Origin: Perna viridis | Lineage: Eukaryota | DNA: 64,000 bases | NCBI GenBank assembly: GCA_037379345.1 | Contig: CM074520.1 | Location: forward strand, 37,358,664 to 37,422,663 | Reading direction: 5' to 3' | Shown here: piece after piece, positions 1-14,275 of the stretch | How positions within the stretch are numbered: the stretch's first letter is position 1 | Layout of the letters: each line of letters begins with the position of its first letter | Translations under genes and position numbers: made by a program | Notes under the pieces: model-generated | Databases searched by the model: none | What the model saw: the letters and a program-made list of their open reading frames with translations, nothing else | What the model was told of the DNA's origin: nothing

Positions 1-650
1 CGTCTCAACTTTTTAGGAATTTTCTCTGGACTTTTATCGCGATGCAAAGGAGATACAGGAGGAAGTTTAGTTCCAACATGTTCAAGAATTTTTTGTATGT
101 CGTTAAGTTCCACATCATTATTATTGTGAGGTCCAGCATCCTCATCATCATTGTCATCATCACTACTTAAACTGCCTATAAAACTTAATTCTGAACTCTG
201 CCGCTTCGCAGTACGCGGCTGAACTTCTCGTTTATTTTCATAATCCAACCGTTTGACAACACTATGCTCACTTTGTGGTGGTAACAACACTTTTTTCTGA
301 GGAGTATTCACAACATCTATTTCACTATCACTATTATCACTATGCAAATTCTTTTTACTTGGAGTAATTCCATTCAGAAAAGATTTTGACGGTGTAGAAG
401 GTATAGAGTGAGGACTACTACGACGGAAACTTGAATCACCATGACTACTTGAATGAGAATGAGGCTGTTGATATGGCGACTTTTCAATACTGGTTGGAGT
501 TTTGCTGGTTGGAGATTTGATGAGATCTTTGACAACTGATTCAAGAAGAATGGCATTTTCATCATAATTATCAGATCCGTTGGAAGCTGGTCGAGCTGAC
601 TTGTCACCTGGTACAAAGTTATTTAGACTCCATGATAAAGAACCTGAATT
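1..650 (-). CDS. AFF4: AFF4/lilli exon 11 (partial, runs off window), NSGSLSWSLNNFVPGDK...
   Basis: tctctgcag| acceptor, phase 0, long open Ser/Pro/acidic frame. WSLNNF corresponds to the WQLDNW motif that follows the Ser tract. Confidence 0.9.
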
Positions 651-1111
651 CTGCAGAGAAAGAAAATGTACATTTGCATTAAGTTACATTCAAAGTATCC
701 ATAACTACAGAATAATTAATTATACGATAAAATCTTTTGCAGAGTGCAGCTTGATAAAACTGCAGATGTCAAACTTTCAGCAAGTGTGGATTTACCATTC
801 AAATTTTTTGCCATCGTATAAAAAGAAATGGTTTTCACTGAACACCTGAAAAATTTTAACCATATTTTTAAAATTTATGACCAACTTCCACTAGCACAGC
901 AGTACAAAGGTAAAGACAACCAACTTAGAAAAGAGATCAAACAAAATTTCAAGTTCATCATCGTACATTTTATCTTGTTCATTCATTTCTAATTTAACAG
1001 TAACACTGCTAGGGCAACTGGTCAATGCTTCCAAAAATTGTAACAAGTATTCATTACTTATGTGACATTCTCTTATTAACTTTTATTTTTAAAAATTTCT
1101 ATATAGTTTAC

Positions 1112-1268
1112 CTTTTCCTGCACTGGTGACTTGTGTGTCACTTTTTCTAATTTCACTTTGGTTTTTTCTTCCTCTTCTTCATCTTCAGATGAGGAATTAC
1201 TTTCATCAGAACTACTCTCAGACTCATTACCAGATTCACTACTGGAACTGTCAGATGACATTGAGGTC
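1112..1268 (-). CDS. AFF4: AFF4/lilli exon 10, Ser/Glu-rich tract TSMSSDSSSSESGNESESSSDES...SPVQEK
   Basis: 157 nt, ttttatag| to |gtaaac, phase 2 to 0. Poly-Ser tract typical of AFF proteins; track ORF 1076..1288. Confidence 0.9.
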
Positions 1269-1739
1269 CTATAAAACAAGTTTATCAAAATTAAATACTA
1301 CATTGCAATAAAACAGGCAAAATAAAAACCCATACCACGAATTTCTTGTTTTTTTGTTTTAAATTTGATTGATTGACTCATTGTGGTTTTATGTCCAAAA
1401 GCAGATATTCCATGCAATTTAGGACAGGAACATTTGACCAAATGATCAGCCCATACCCTGTACTAATCTGACATGCTGAGCCCAAATTCAAGTCAGTATG
1501 TAACGGTATCAGTACATATCAGTGACTATCAGGTACAGATTAAGTATTTTGCTGGAATTTCCACCATTCTGTAGGACGTTCCAAACCCATTTTTATACCA
1601 ACCCAAACTTTCAAGTACATTAAAACTGGATTTAATTTGCATTATTTAGTTCTATTTAAAAAAAAAAGTTAAGAGAATCTTGAGGACCAAATGTTCTTCA
1701 CAGCATATAACAATAAAATACTAATTACAAGTCACACAC

Positions 1740-1984
1740 AGTTTACAAGTGTACTCACGACCAAAGGGATACCAAATCCATATGGAAAAGTTTACAAGTG
1801 TACTCACGACCAAAAGGTTACCAAATCCGTATGGACAAGTTTACAAGTGTACTCACGACCAAAGGGATACCAAATCCATATGGACAAGTTTACAAGTGTA
1901 CTCATGACCAAAGGGTTACCAAATCCATATGGACAAGTTTACAAGTGTACTCACGACCAAAGGGATATCGAATCCATATAGACG
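1740..1984. repeat. 49-bp minisatellite, 5 copies
   Basis: Unit agtttacaagtgtactcacgaccaaagggataccaaatccatatggaca at 1740, 1789, 1838, 1887 and 1936. Confidence 0.95.
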
Positions 1985-4722
1985 CAATATCAACATCACT
2001 CCAACGAAGTATATCTGAATATTACACAACACTATTTGCCTTTTTGTTAAAAATTTCACACTTAGGAACTTTACATGTGTTACAATTGTAGGTCCAAACT
2101 CGAAACAGATGTTTTATATTCATAGGTACAGTTTAAAATATCCGCATTATGTTGTGTAATAACAGACGTCAATACACCATAATATTAAATTCTGAACGGT
2201 TCAGGAGTTTTTAAATTGATATGCATTTTATAACTTTTATTCTACTTTTTGTAAGTAATTTATCTTTTTAAAACACGCTGTTATATAAATCTGTTAGAAA
2301 GTTGATATTAAAATTATATTTTTCAGATCAAACATTTTTAGTCAGTGTGACATGTTTTTTCCTGGAGTCACTTGTTTTTTTTTGTTTTTTTTTTCAATGG
2401 AGATTTCATAATAAGTCCTATTGCTACAACTACAAGCACAAGAACCAGACATCCACAGCAAGGCAGATATTTAAAATTCCATAACATTAAACGAAAAGGT
2501 CTCATGTCAAAATATTTGTCAGTAAAACAGCAAGTGTCAAAAACAATCAAGTAACCTAAAGTTGAAAAATGAGCACTTCAAGCTTCAAGAATTTGAAATC
2601 TCATGTAGACAACAAAAATCACACTGCTAGTCTAGTTACAATTTTCATTCTTTTATAGGGAACACCTAGTAAAATAGTCCCAATCCCATTAAAATCTAAA
2701 TTTTACGAAGCATTTTTTCATTCATACATAATACACACTAAATTGTACTTTTCTTTGTTTACACATTTATTTATAATGGTAATGACCACCTATAATCCAG
2801 GAAGTAAATTGAAAAAAAGGTAATTGCCCTAAATAGCCATGCACATTTTCCACACACTTTAAATTCAGTACTGTGAGAAATCAGTACTCTATTTGACAAA
2901 GAGACCATTGTACTATCACCAAGTCTTTTAAACTTAAATGACCTATCAAATTTAAAGATATACTTCCATAAAGGGGACTTCTTTTATTCACAGCTTGATT
3001 ACTCAACAAAATATTTATTTCTATCTTCCTCATTTTCTATTAGATAATGCAGGCAATAAATATTTTCAATTTGACAACATCTTGTAGTGCATTGAAACAT
3101 CTTTACAAATTCAAAATCAAAGAATTCAATCCTTACACTACATTTCACACTGTTTAAAAAAATCCCTGTTTCCATATTGTTCATCCTATTTATGAAGGTT
3201 CCACCAAATCACTAATTCAGAGCGCACATCCTTTATCACTCACTTCTTATCTCCTGAGTGCAGTGGCCATGACAATAGGTGTAAAATGTTTAGAGGTCAA
3301 AGAACTAAGTTTATAGCATTTCCATACCATATGCATTTGAATTCAATACTTTATGTATAATTGTAAAAATTTTCACAGAGCAAGCTAACTTAGCTTCTCT
3401 GATTATTTACTAGTGGCTCAAGGTAGGTTAGGTGAGAAAATTAAACATTTTTTGTCAGTTGAAACCAAATTCCTTCACTTAAATTCTTCAGACTAACAAT
3501 TAGATTTGAAAAATCTAGTTTCATAAAGTGAAGGTCAGTAGTTATTATATGTAGTATTTAATGGACCATCAAAAACATCTCATAAAAGCAATCCACTACT
3601 TCTAAAAAACATTATTCACACTTGAGTCTGGTTTGTTTACAGTCAAAACTCCAGACCTGTCTTTACAGATCAGCTGATTTCACACCAGCTCTCAGTACAA
3701 TACCACCCACAAAGTCTTAATTAACCAGGCTTTGTTTTTAAGTGCATGTGTTTTTTCTCTTCAATTAATTGTTTACAATGCTTACAAATAGACAATCTAA
3801 AGATTTCAGTACAAAAGAAACATCTGCAAACACATAACAGCAAATTTCCAGTCATATCTGGATTCTCCACTTTCAAAGTAGGCTCATTTGGGTAACCCAC
3901 ACATACAAAAATAAATATTAATATGGATAATTAACCCTTTCAATTTCTAAAAATTCATTTCAAAGAAAATAATTGAGCCAAAGATTATTTAAAAGCTTAT
4001 TTAATTTCATCAATGTCAAGATTTATGTCAAAGTAAGTGCCAAACATTAATATCTAAATAAGGACAAATTATTTGAAAATTATTTCTTTTCATGACACTC
4101 AGACTATATACCTACATACAAACTATATCACAATAAATTAGGTCATTAATAGCCAAAACAGTGCAACCTTATCAAAAAGTCTTTTTATGCTCTAGAACAC
4201 TTCAACTCCTTCAAACATTCACTAAATCGTGAAATTATTGTGTTAAATAACCAACAGATGTAGGCGATCAACTTAAAAGTTACATAACTTCAAAAGTAAC
4301 ATTTCTGCTTCTTGCTTACAATTTAAAGTTTCATTAACCACTTAAGGTGCAAATCTCTGGCAATTTCTCAAAGAATTACACCAAAAAAGTTAATGAAAGT
4401 TGTACAATAGGTATTATTGTAAGAGGTTAATTGTGTAAATTCATTGCTCTGTGATGAAACAAATTACAGTTTGGTTAAATAATATACATGCAGCAAAATC
4501 AAGTAAAGCTATACTATTTTAAGCACTGTAAACCCTAATCATTTATAATTGACTTCCCGAACATGTTGTTCCACTAGACAAAGCAGCTTAAAACCATGTT
4601 GTAAAGGTCATTAGTACTTTTTACCTCTGATTATTTTCAAGAAAGGCTCCATACCTAGTCATTTTATAGTCAAACAAAATAAAGTGGAGTAAATGTAGGA
4701 CTTTTTACATAAGACCAAAATG

Positions 4723-4880
4723 CAGGGTAGGAAACTCACTCAAATTCTAGCCAGTCCTGAATACAATTTTTCAATATATTTACTACATGTCTATATAGAT
4801 TTTTTTTTGCTAAAATTAGCTAGTCCTGCCAAAATATAGCCAGTCTCGGGCTGTTGGGCAGGTTACTATTTCTAACTCAG
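4723..4880 (+). mobile_element. CAG-ended MITE (hAT/P-like)
   Basis: Reverse-complement match to 55551-55704; imperfect ~7-bp flanking duplication caaaatg/ccaaatg. Confidence 0.7.
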
Positions 4881-5819
4881 CCAAATGCAGATTTATATTC
4901 ATAAAAAGAATTTATCAATGAAGACCACCTTTTCCACTCTGGAAGGAATATCCCATAACCCATACAATATAACCCCCCAAAAATACAAAAGGTATGACTT
5001 AACCCTAAACTCTCCTTAACTTCTCCCAAAACATGCATGAGGGAGTTCTCTTTTTTTTTGTAAAGTCTTCAAAATCATTTGGAAGATTAATTCAAGTAAT
5101 ATTCATTCTGCTGAACTTTTAAAAAATAAAACATTAATTAAGTGATCAGGATGTACTTCAATAAAATAGCTAACAATTCATGAGTGAAGTCAGCTTCTGA
5201 GAGAATCAGTGTCGCAAAACATTACAATATCAGCAAGGTATTGTTTTCTGCATAATCAATAGCCAACTCCTAGGAAAGCCATAAAAAGCCCATCCTTTTC
5301 TGCAATAATGATTAAAATGGATTTGTAAATGCACAACATCCTATCTCAATTTACTGTCTGCTGATCAACTTGTTGCCTCCATACATTTTTACTCATTTGA
5401 GTCAACATCAATATCGTGTCTTGTCTTGTATTATTTGAATCAATGACGGCATTGTCGACAAAGTTATCACTTTAACTTAAGCTTCCAGGCTTCAAGCCAT
5501 GCATCTCCATTGATCTTCACCTTTTCATTTCGAATCAAGAAATTCATCATAAATATGAAAAACCAGAGATCAGTGCCTTAAGTTGTTTTCCTTAACCAGA
5601 TTCTGAAGACCTTACTATGTTAAGTATAAATGAGACGATTGAATAAAAGCATTGTAACTCCAATCATTGGTATATATATTTGCTTCTTGAAATGAACACA
5701 TTGCTTTTTCTACCAATGATAATTTCTAGTTTCTCAATAACAAATAACTCATCAAAATATGAGGGTTTTGGTATTTAGACAAAAATTTAGCAAGACGGAA
5801 GGACAACAGTATACAGTAA

Positions 5820-6552
5820 TACTGTGAAAGTACTTATATTTGTGGGTATCCATTTTCATGGTTTAGGGGAAAAACACAAGCTCGTGGATTCTTGAATTTA
5901 TGGTTTCGATAATCATATCATACGATTGAAAGTAAATAAACCTTTCCTATGGACCGTAGGAGGTCCGGGTGTCAAAAGAATAGGCCTGCAGCAGCGCTAA
6001 GCTTGTCGTAAAAGGCAACTAAATAGTGCTTAGAACCCTAGCCAGGGGCTAGGGCACTCTGCCCACAGAGGAACTGGGATGTGTGCCCCAGGTGGTGGAA
6101 TGGGGTACCCCTGACCCCTGATGCTGGGGTTGTCAGGCTATAATATGGATCGCAAACCATAGTGGTGCACCGTGTTGGGAAAGATGCCACGTTCCTCGCA
6201 CGTTTAAGAACCCTACTGTTGTATTCTCCTGGAGTAGGAACCATTAGGCTCCGCCACAGGAGGCTAAATTGCCCGAACCTACCCACCTCTCCCTATTTCT
6301 AGTGGCAATCAAAATTTGTCGACCCCATTGTCCTTGTGTTCCATCCCTTTTTCATTTCATCATCATTTCATGTTTATTTTATCATTAATTTCATGTTCAT
6401 CGTCTGAATATAGCTGAAATATTGCTGCTCGGACGTTAAACCCCAACAAACAAACAAACAAAACAAAACCTTTGGGAATCAAATTTCATGTTTACCTTCC
6501 TACAAAATCCATGAAAAATTGGCACCCCAGGAACAGTAGTACTTTCACAGTA
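5820..6552. mobile_element. TA-flanked MITE (TIR tactgtgaaagtact) split by retroposon copy A
   Basis: tactgtgaaagtact ... agtactttcacagta. Uninterrupted relative at 35787-35995 and end fragments near 12145 and 41100. Confidence 0.8.
5946..6465 (+). mobile_element. ~520-bp SINE-like non-LTR retroposon, copy A, inserted in a MITE
   Basis: GC-rich body, 3' end atagctgaaatattgctg...gttaaac plus (CAAA)n, TSD aaaccttt at 5938-5945 and 6466-6473. Alignable end to end with 51502-52020. Confidence 0.9.
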
Positions 6553-9108
6553 TTTTCATGTTGGGTATACAATCTGTGATTGAGATTTAAAAATATTTGT
6601 GATTGGGCCATTTTAAATGACATTCAGAATTCTATAACAAATGTTCAGGTGAAATGTGATAAATGTCGCATGGCCCTTTCTAATCCCAATCCCTAATACA
6701 ATAACTTTACCTTCTCCCTGAGGACTTTCATCACTGATCATGCCATTAGTTCAACTGAAACCTACGGACATGGGCGAAACAAGATTTCTCAAAAGGCCAT
6801 CAGATTACATTGAATTAGCACAGATTGTTAACAATGCCAAAAGATGTAGGGATAAAACTCCAGAGTGTTAACATGACAGCAAAGTATATTGATTTAAGTA
6901 CTGGACAATGAATGAGTCATTGAAAATCATAGAAGAATATGGGGTCTAATTTGACACAGAATACCGACAAAAGTGACAATCTCTCATCCTGTCAAAGGAT
7001 ATAATTGGCCAAATCAAACGTGATAAAGAGTGAAAAATGTGATTAATGAAAAATTATAGTCTTCTCCGTTTTCTTTTATGATGGGGGTGTCTAAAGAATT
7101 GACTAATGCACTAATGATGTAACATGCTCAAAATCATAATTTGACATTTAAACTAAAAACAAGACAGAATATGCCATTAAATATTGCATAATAGCCGATG
7201 TCCTCAATCCAAGTGCAGTAAGATGAGACATGTGAACTAAGACCTGGATGTTTTTAGGGCAAAAAGATTTAAGGTCAAGACAGTGGATGATCACCATTGA
7301 ACTAAATCTTAAGGAAGGGCTTTAATGTAAAGATACAGCTAAAATCTAAAGGTAGAGGAAGAGAGTGGATGATCAACATTGAACTAAAATCATAAGGAAG
7401 GGCTAAAATAGAAGGAAAGAGCGATAAACGTAAGAACATCAACTCTGCAAAATCCAGTCAAAAATTATCTTATGGTCATTCAAATGAAATAAAAACAAAT
7501 ATGCTTTGCAGATAAGTAAAGCATGAAACAGATATTACTTTTCTATTGCTTTAAGATTTTGATAAAGAAAAAAATTGTCAATCTCTTCGTGAAGAATATT
7601 TGACAAAATTAGGCTACTTCTTATTTTTGTCTGTTCTACTTCCATTACACCGCTAGAAAAAAAAACAAATGAAAGAGCTTGACAATATTAACTAATCCTG
7701 AAATGAGCCAAAAAGAACAGACCAAAACAGAATGAGATGGAAAACAACTGTAGCAGCCCTGTGCTCCACAAAGAATGATGGAAACTAAATAATGAAAATA
7801 ATGACTTTCTACCTGCGTGATGAATAGGATTCATGGATGAAAAAGTCTACATATTTTTATTTTTGATATTTTGTTAGAATTGCCATAGTAAATAGAAATT
7901 TAAAATCAGTTCATATAACCTGTGTTCTTAGGAGATAAATATTATATAGAATGTACTGTAGATTTCAAAATTAAGGGAGATAACACTAAATGACGCTCAA
8001 ATTCAACAGAATCTATTGGATTTTCAATGTTGATTATCTTCTAAGAGCAAACAGACTGGAATGAATAATACACCCATAAAAGAACTTAATTACAAAAATA
8101 AAAATATGTAGCCTTTTTTGGGATGTATCACATTTTTCAGACTATGCATGATTCTTACAAGGACTACTACTTCAGTACAAACTAGCAAACAATGTAAATA
8201 AGTTACATATAGTTATGTTTATCTAGCCTCATACAATAACATAAAAATAGACATTAATTAGTAATCTGTACTTTTTACTTTTGACTGATTTTTGTCTTTT
8301 TCTGGTATATGACAAGATATTCAAAAATATCCTAAAAACATTGGGAGTGATTGTGACATCATCAGATCTTTCAAGGACATCAGGCACTAACCATAGGTTA
8401 TTGGCGGGACAAAAGCAGTCTAAAAACTAAATGTACATTAAAATGATTAAAAATGCAATAACTTAATTATCAATAAACAAAATAATAGTTACTTTTGATT
8501 TTGATACTAACATTATCAAGTGGAAAATCCAAACTCACTCTTGTCGAGACCCAAAAAGTGATATTATCAGAATCAAAACTGAAAGTTCCCATTTTTCTGT
8601 ATGTATTATTGTCCCAAACTAACAGAAACATTTTGTAAAAACCTTTATCACCATATGTACTAGATCAATTTTCCAGGCATTATATGAACTTGATGTTCTT
8701 AAATAGCAAGTAAATATATGGCTGTATATAAAGATATTGTCTTTAAAAAGGTTGACTATCGATAGTTCACACAGGCTGGAGTATTACAAAAACTGCAAAT
8801 ATCAGCAGATACTTGAGGTACAAATTACTGGAGTCAAACCTTGAACTAATTACTTACAGTAAAAATAACAGACAAACAACATAATCATTGAAAATGTAAG
8901 TACAGCCAATAAAATAAACGTTAATCATATCTACTTTAATCATGATTATATAATGTTTTAAAATGTTATGTAATTCTGAGTTAATGAGGTATGAAAATCC
9001 AACCTGTATGATTTACATAGTAACTCTGTAACTTAAGTTTTATTGATTCCATTGTTGGTAAGATCTGACTAATGAGTTGCTCAAAACATAAACATTTGTG
9101 TCAACAGG

Positions 9109-9566
9109 ACTGAAAAGCACTGCAACAGGTAGTATACAGACATAATACCATTGGATTGTACTGACTCAATGTCTAATAGTACTGAAAAGTACTGCAACAG
9201 ATAGTATACTGGCATAATACCATGGGATTGCACTGTGGACTGTATAGTACTGCAACAGGTCTTACACAAACATAATACCATTGGAATGGACTGCACTGAC
9301 TCAATGTCTGAACAGTGCTGAAAAGTACTGCAACAGGTAGTATACAGACACAATACTATCTGCCTGCACTAACTCAATGTCGCATTATCATTGAAAAGTA
9401 CTGCAAGAAGTCTTATGCAGACACAATACCATGGGATTACAGGAAAAAATGTCTAAACATCACTGAAAAGTGCTGCAACAGTGGTATACAGACAAAATAT
9501 CATTGGACTGTAGTTACTCAAAACTGGAACAGTACTGAAATGTGCTGCAAAAGGTAGTATATAGAC
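9109..9566. repeat. Degenerate ~70-bp tandem repeat, about 6-7 copies
   Basis: Recurrent actgaaaagtactgcaacaggtagtatacagacataataccattgga. Confidence 0.85.
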
Positions 9567-12443
9567 AAAACAAAATAAGATTGCAAGTAAGCAATGCTAG
9601 AACAGAACTGAAATGTACTTAAGTAACAGACCCAAAAATCACTAGAGAATAGCTAAACTATCCAAAGACTTGGACAGAATATTCATAATTTCAATCTAAT
9701 GGTATAACTCTGTACTGATTAAAATGACCTTGAAGTTTTACTTGTTATTTACATGCACATCACCATATCTTCTCTAGGGACTCTTGAAACATATCTCAAG
9801 CTGTTTGTAAAAAATATAAGTTGTAAGATTTGTGACATAATGTAAACAAACAAGGTGAGATTGTTGATAATCTTATCCTTTACCTTGACAGATTTTTTAC
9901 CTGTAAATTTACCTTCATTTATTGTTTAGCGTAAAAGGAAAGAGGAAATGGCGGGATAGTTTTCTATTATTTAGTATTGATGAAAAGAACCAATCAGAAA
10001 CATCTGTAATAGGCAGTAATTATTGACTATCAGGATTGCATATTTTTTGTCATAACAAAATTTAATGATTAATACCAATCACAGATTTATGAACGGATGC
10101 AGGAACTAAAGTTTCTCATACAAAGTATTTTTCCTGGAGTGTGCAATATCTAAGGATCATTACTCTGAAATAGTGCATTTAAACTCTGAGACAATCAAAT
10201 ATCAATCATATAACACTGATCTCTTCTAACTCACAGACACATTCTTGAGCAACACAACACATTTATAAAAAAAAAATTACTTAATTAATTTGGTGATTGA
10301 ATGGCAGAGACAACTGAGCTATACAGTGAATATTTTTTTCATGAGTTACCTATTTTCACAGCTTTCTTGGTAAACCACAAATTCATATTCCAAACAAAAT
10401 GTAAAATTTCCATTTAAAAACTTAAAAAATTCTCTTTCAAATCTACAAACTACAAAAGTTTTAACAAAGATAAAAAAAATTAATACCCATGAATAAAATT
10501 TTATATCTACTGCTTCACGAACAGTTCAAGTTCTTATTCAGCATCAACTGAGATTGCAAATTGTTAATGTCTTGTTTAAAATTGATATGGAAAACTGTAT
10601 GACAGACAGAAAAAAAATCAAGCCCAAGAAATTTTCACAGAATTGGTCTACAAAACCACAAACCACAATACTTAAGCACCAACTGACATGCCACTGCACC
10701 AGAATTATTCCTATTAAATATCAGAAAAAGCCATAAAAAATATTTTACTGATGCTATTACATGACAGACCACAATAACAGAAACCTTTTTACCATCAATT
10801 CATTTCACAGCAGATATTTTCCTCCCATACTGAGAACAATTTGTTCCTGCTATATAAATACCCAACCAGAGTCAGGAATCTGCTGTGTCTTGATTATACT
10901 GCACCTAGAGTGTCAACAATAGAACTATATCTGTAAATGGAATCATTATCTCACTGACAATATCTACAACCATCCATAAAATAGCAGAAAATGATGCTTA
11001 ACGGCGTATCAACTAAAATGCACTTTGGATAGCAATTTAAAATCTCCCTTTCTCTCTCTATATATATACAGTCAAACCTGTCTTATCAACCACCTGTATT
11101 CTGCAGTAACCTGCCAAAAAGACTGAATAAAACATGCAGTTCATTCTATGTACCATAAACTTGTTATAACCTGTCTATAAAGACAATCCATCTTATATGG
11201 CCTTAATTTTGCTCCTCTTTGGTTACTAAAGACAGGTTTTACTCTGTGTACATGTTGTTGCTGTTGTTCAATTTTCTCTAACATTTACAAAGATATTTAC
11301 TGTTTCGTTTTTAATTCAAGCAAATAAGATCCAAAGCTGTCAGTTCCAAAATATTTTTTACAGTAAAAAATGGGTTACAGCTACAAAATTGACCCCAATA
11401 TTTATGGAATATTTTTAGATTAAGTGTGAGTTTCACTGGATATTACAAAATCAAAACTGAATTCAGCAGTTATGTAAACTTCCTCCTTTGACTAATACTT
11501 TTTGAACTATTAGTAAAATTCCTACAAAACACAGAATGACTGCTACAATTCCTTGACATCCATTTCATTTAGAGAAGAAATTGCTGCAAAACCATTTAAC
11601 CTCAAAGACCATTCCTTCAAAGATTATATCTATAAGAATCACAAAAAGACAATTTGATATTTATTATAAATTCTCATCATTCATTTTTTTTCAACCTTAG
11701 TACAACAATAACCGGTCCCAGACAGAGATCTTCAGCAACAAGTGTCATATTCAGTAGGTCATTGTCCCTGTTAATAATTCATCTATTCAAAGCACCATCT
11801 CCTGTCATCACAAGAAAATCCAATGGATCAATTTCTCCTTTTGAATTAGGTTAAATCAAAGAAATTGGAATTAGAATTGGAAATACTGATAAGAAATCAC
11901 ACTTAAGTACAAACAGACTAAAACAGCAATTTCCATATAGCAGTAGAATGTGGGTTCATACATTAGTCATTCACATGGTCTACTTTTGTCTGTATAAACC
12001 GCAAACTGTCTCTTTTGAAAATACATCAACTTTAACTGCTCTTAAATAATAGGGTGCACTACGAAAAATGTCCAAGGAGCAATTTTGTTTTTGTTTTTGT
12101 TTTTTGTTTTTTTGGGGGGAGCTAAAATCATGACAAAAATACAATACTGTGAAAGTACTTAATTCGTGGATTAATTCTTTTTTGATTAAGAATTGTAACA
12201 ATACAGGTAAATATGTGATTTTATATGTGGATTGTGTTGTTACTTTTACTTTGTGCTTTTTTATGATCCTTCACACTGTACCATTCATTCTTCCAGTATT
12301 GAACTTCAAATAATTATTTGGGTCATTTCTTGTCCAAGGATTTTACCCTTGTTTACACATTTGATATAACTACTTCTTCCAGAAGCCAAATTGATTATTC
12401 TTAGCATACTCTATTTCTGAACCCTACATATATCTTAACATGA

Positions 12444-13110
12444 GCAGTCTTTCCCAAATGTCAGGTAAAATTATTGTCGGACCGACCAACTCTGATCTTT
12501 TGCTGGACCAAATATTATTTTGTAGGCATGCCCGATTACGTTTTGATACCATTTCTATTACCGGTTTTAGACCAATGTTGAACTAAAAATTGTGGAAGGG
12601 GGAATCTCTGGAAAGTCTTTGAAACATCTTGATAACAGAGGCTGAACAAAGCCAAAGGAAGAAAACATATGAGGAAAATCGTCCCGATCGGATATTCAGT
12701 AATAGCTGGGATAGGAATATGGACACATTTATTCTTACAGTAAATTAAACAAATGCAACTGATTTCGTGAAGCATTGGGATTACGTTTTGGTGGGATAGG
12801 AATATGGACATGTTTATTCTTACACTGGGATGCAATTTTTTCTTTAGCCAAGGAATAAAAGTTTAATACAAAAAATTGCTATTAGTATTCTCAACATTTC
12901 ACATGAACAAATTAACAAAGTAACATGATAAAGGCTGAGACAATATAAAAATTAAAACAACAAATGAGTTGTACACCATACATTATTACAAAATACACCA
13001 ACAAATGTAAATGCAGACAAAACCAATCAGCCTGTCTGACCAAATGACAGACAGATCCTCTGACAATTTGGCACCGACTGATGAGGAGACACACCATAAA
13101 AACCCCCAAG
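12444..13110 (-). mobile_element. Possible decayed hAT transposon remnant
   Basis: CpG-retaining segment. Broken minus-strand frame HQNVIPMLHEISCICL...IPAIT...SDR..FS resembles the hAT C-terminal dimerisation motif (P.L..lA...L.iPatS..sER.FS). Confidence 0.35.
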
Positions 13111-14275
13111 TTACACATTTCAATAATGTCAGAATTAAAAATACCAAATCTAAGTTCACTGATATGTCTAGATTTTATCAAATATTTATGAAAGGTTACA
13201 ATAACAGTTGGATTAAATCCTCTTAGTCAATAACAATGTAAAAAGTGGGTTCGTGTAAGGTTATGACAAGTCTGACACCAGTACTTGAGAATGATCCATT
13301 GATTTTAATCTCATTGTAGTTAAAGGCAAAACCAATTGTTACTTTTGTAAACAAAAAAAATATCAAACAGGGTACAAACTGCTGTTTTCTCATTTAAAAC
13401 AAGTATAAATCTAGGTGATGGTAGATCTGTAATGGCTAAAAAGATACCTGACATTTTTCTCCCTTTTCGAGAATTCTATGCTGAACAGCAGCAAAACAGA
13501 AAATTGGGTTTTTTTAACAACAAGACGATATTGAAGAATTACGTTATTTTCCATGAGTGTAAAAAGTTGATAAATTGTTCACACCAGCAGAAGAAAATCT
13601 AGTTATTCATTGGTGTGAAACTGATTTCTTCAGCAAAGGCATCATAATGAAGACTCTACACCTAGATATTTATGTTGTGAACATTCCTTAAAGGGTCCAC
13701 TAACTTACCAATTTTCAAGAGTCTGAATCCAAAAGCTGATAGAAATGATGGTGGACCTGTTAAAAGTCTATTTAATCAAAGTATTGACCAATACAGATTA
13801 TATCCATTCAAAAATAAGGGATCATGCAGCTGTCTACCTGCCATAGAAAAAAGACATTAACACAGAAAAAAACCTATTTAGACACAATAGCACTTCAGCA
13901 AGGAAACAGACAAGATGATGGGATGATAGCTTAATTACTTCCTGAAAAAATGATGAGATGAAAAGTAATTGCCATATAAAAATTGGGTGAAAAACTATTT
14001 AGTTTCTTTTGTAGTTGCTTCTCTGACCTCTCATTAAAAAATAAAGATTGCAAAACCTTAAATCCAAGGCTTCAAGTATTTCCCATTATCTTTGAATTGA
14101 TTGGAGTATCGGTTGACACATGCACCAATAGTCAAGTCAAGATCGGGGAAACCATCCAAGAGACAACCACTAAAACAGTCATATAAAAAATTAAGACACC
14201 AAATAATCTTAATTAAGAAGTAATAAATAAGGAATCTAATTATGGTATATAACAGATGTGTAATACAATATGATA

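Noticed and set aside
374-616. Track ORF of 80 aa on the minus strand
   Set aside because: It is an alternative frame overlapping the real AFF exon 11.
6001-6050. Resemblance to a pistol ribozyme (GUCG...GAC-UAAAUAG-ugcu-UAG-aacccu-AGC)
   Set aside because: The 6-bp loop pseudoknot cannot form (3 bp at most), I found no GU cleavage junction or P3, and copy B lacks the AGC.
9890-9910. Possible recursive splice site tttacag|gtaaaa in the long intron
   Set aside because: The polypyrimidine tract is weak and the motif is expected by chance in 27 kb.
13070-13110. CTGATGAG hammerhead-like core
   Set aside because: There is no downstream stem II plus GAAA, and it lies at the end of a probable DNA transposon remnant.
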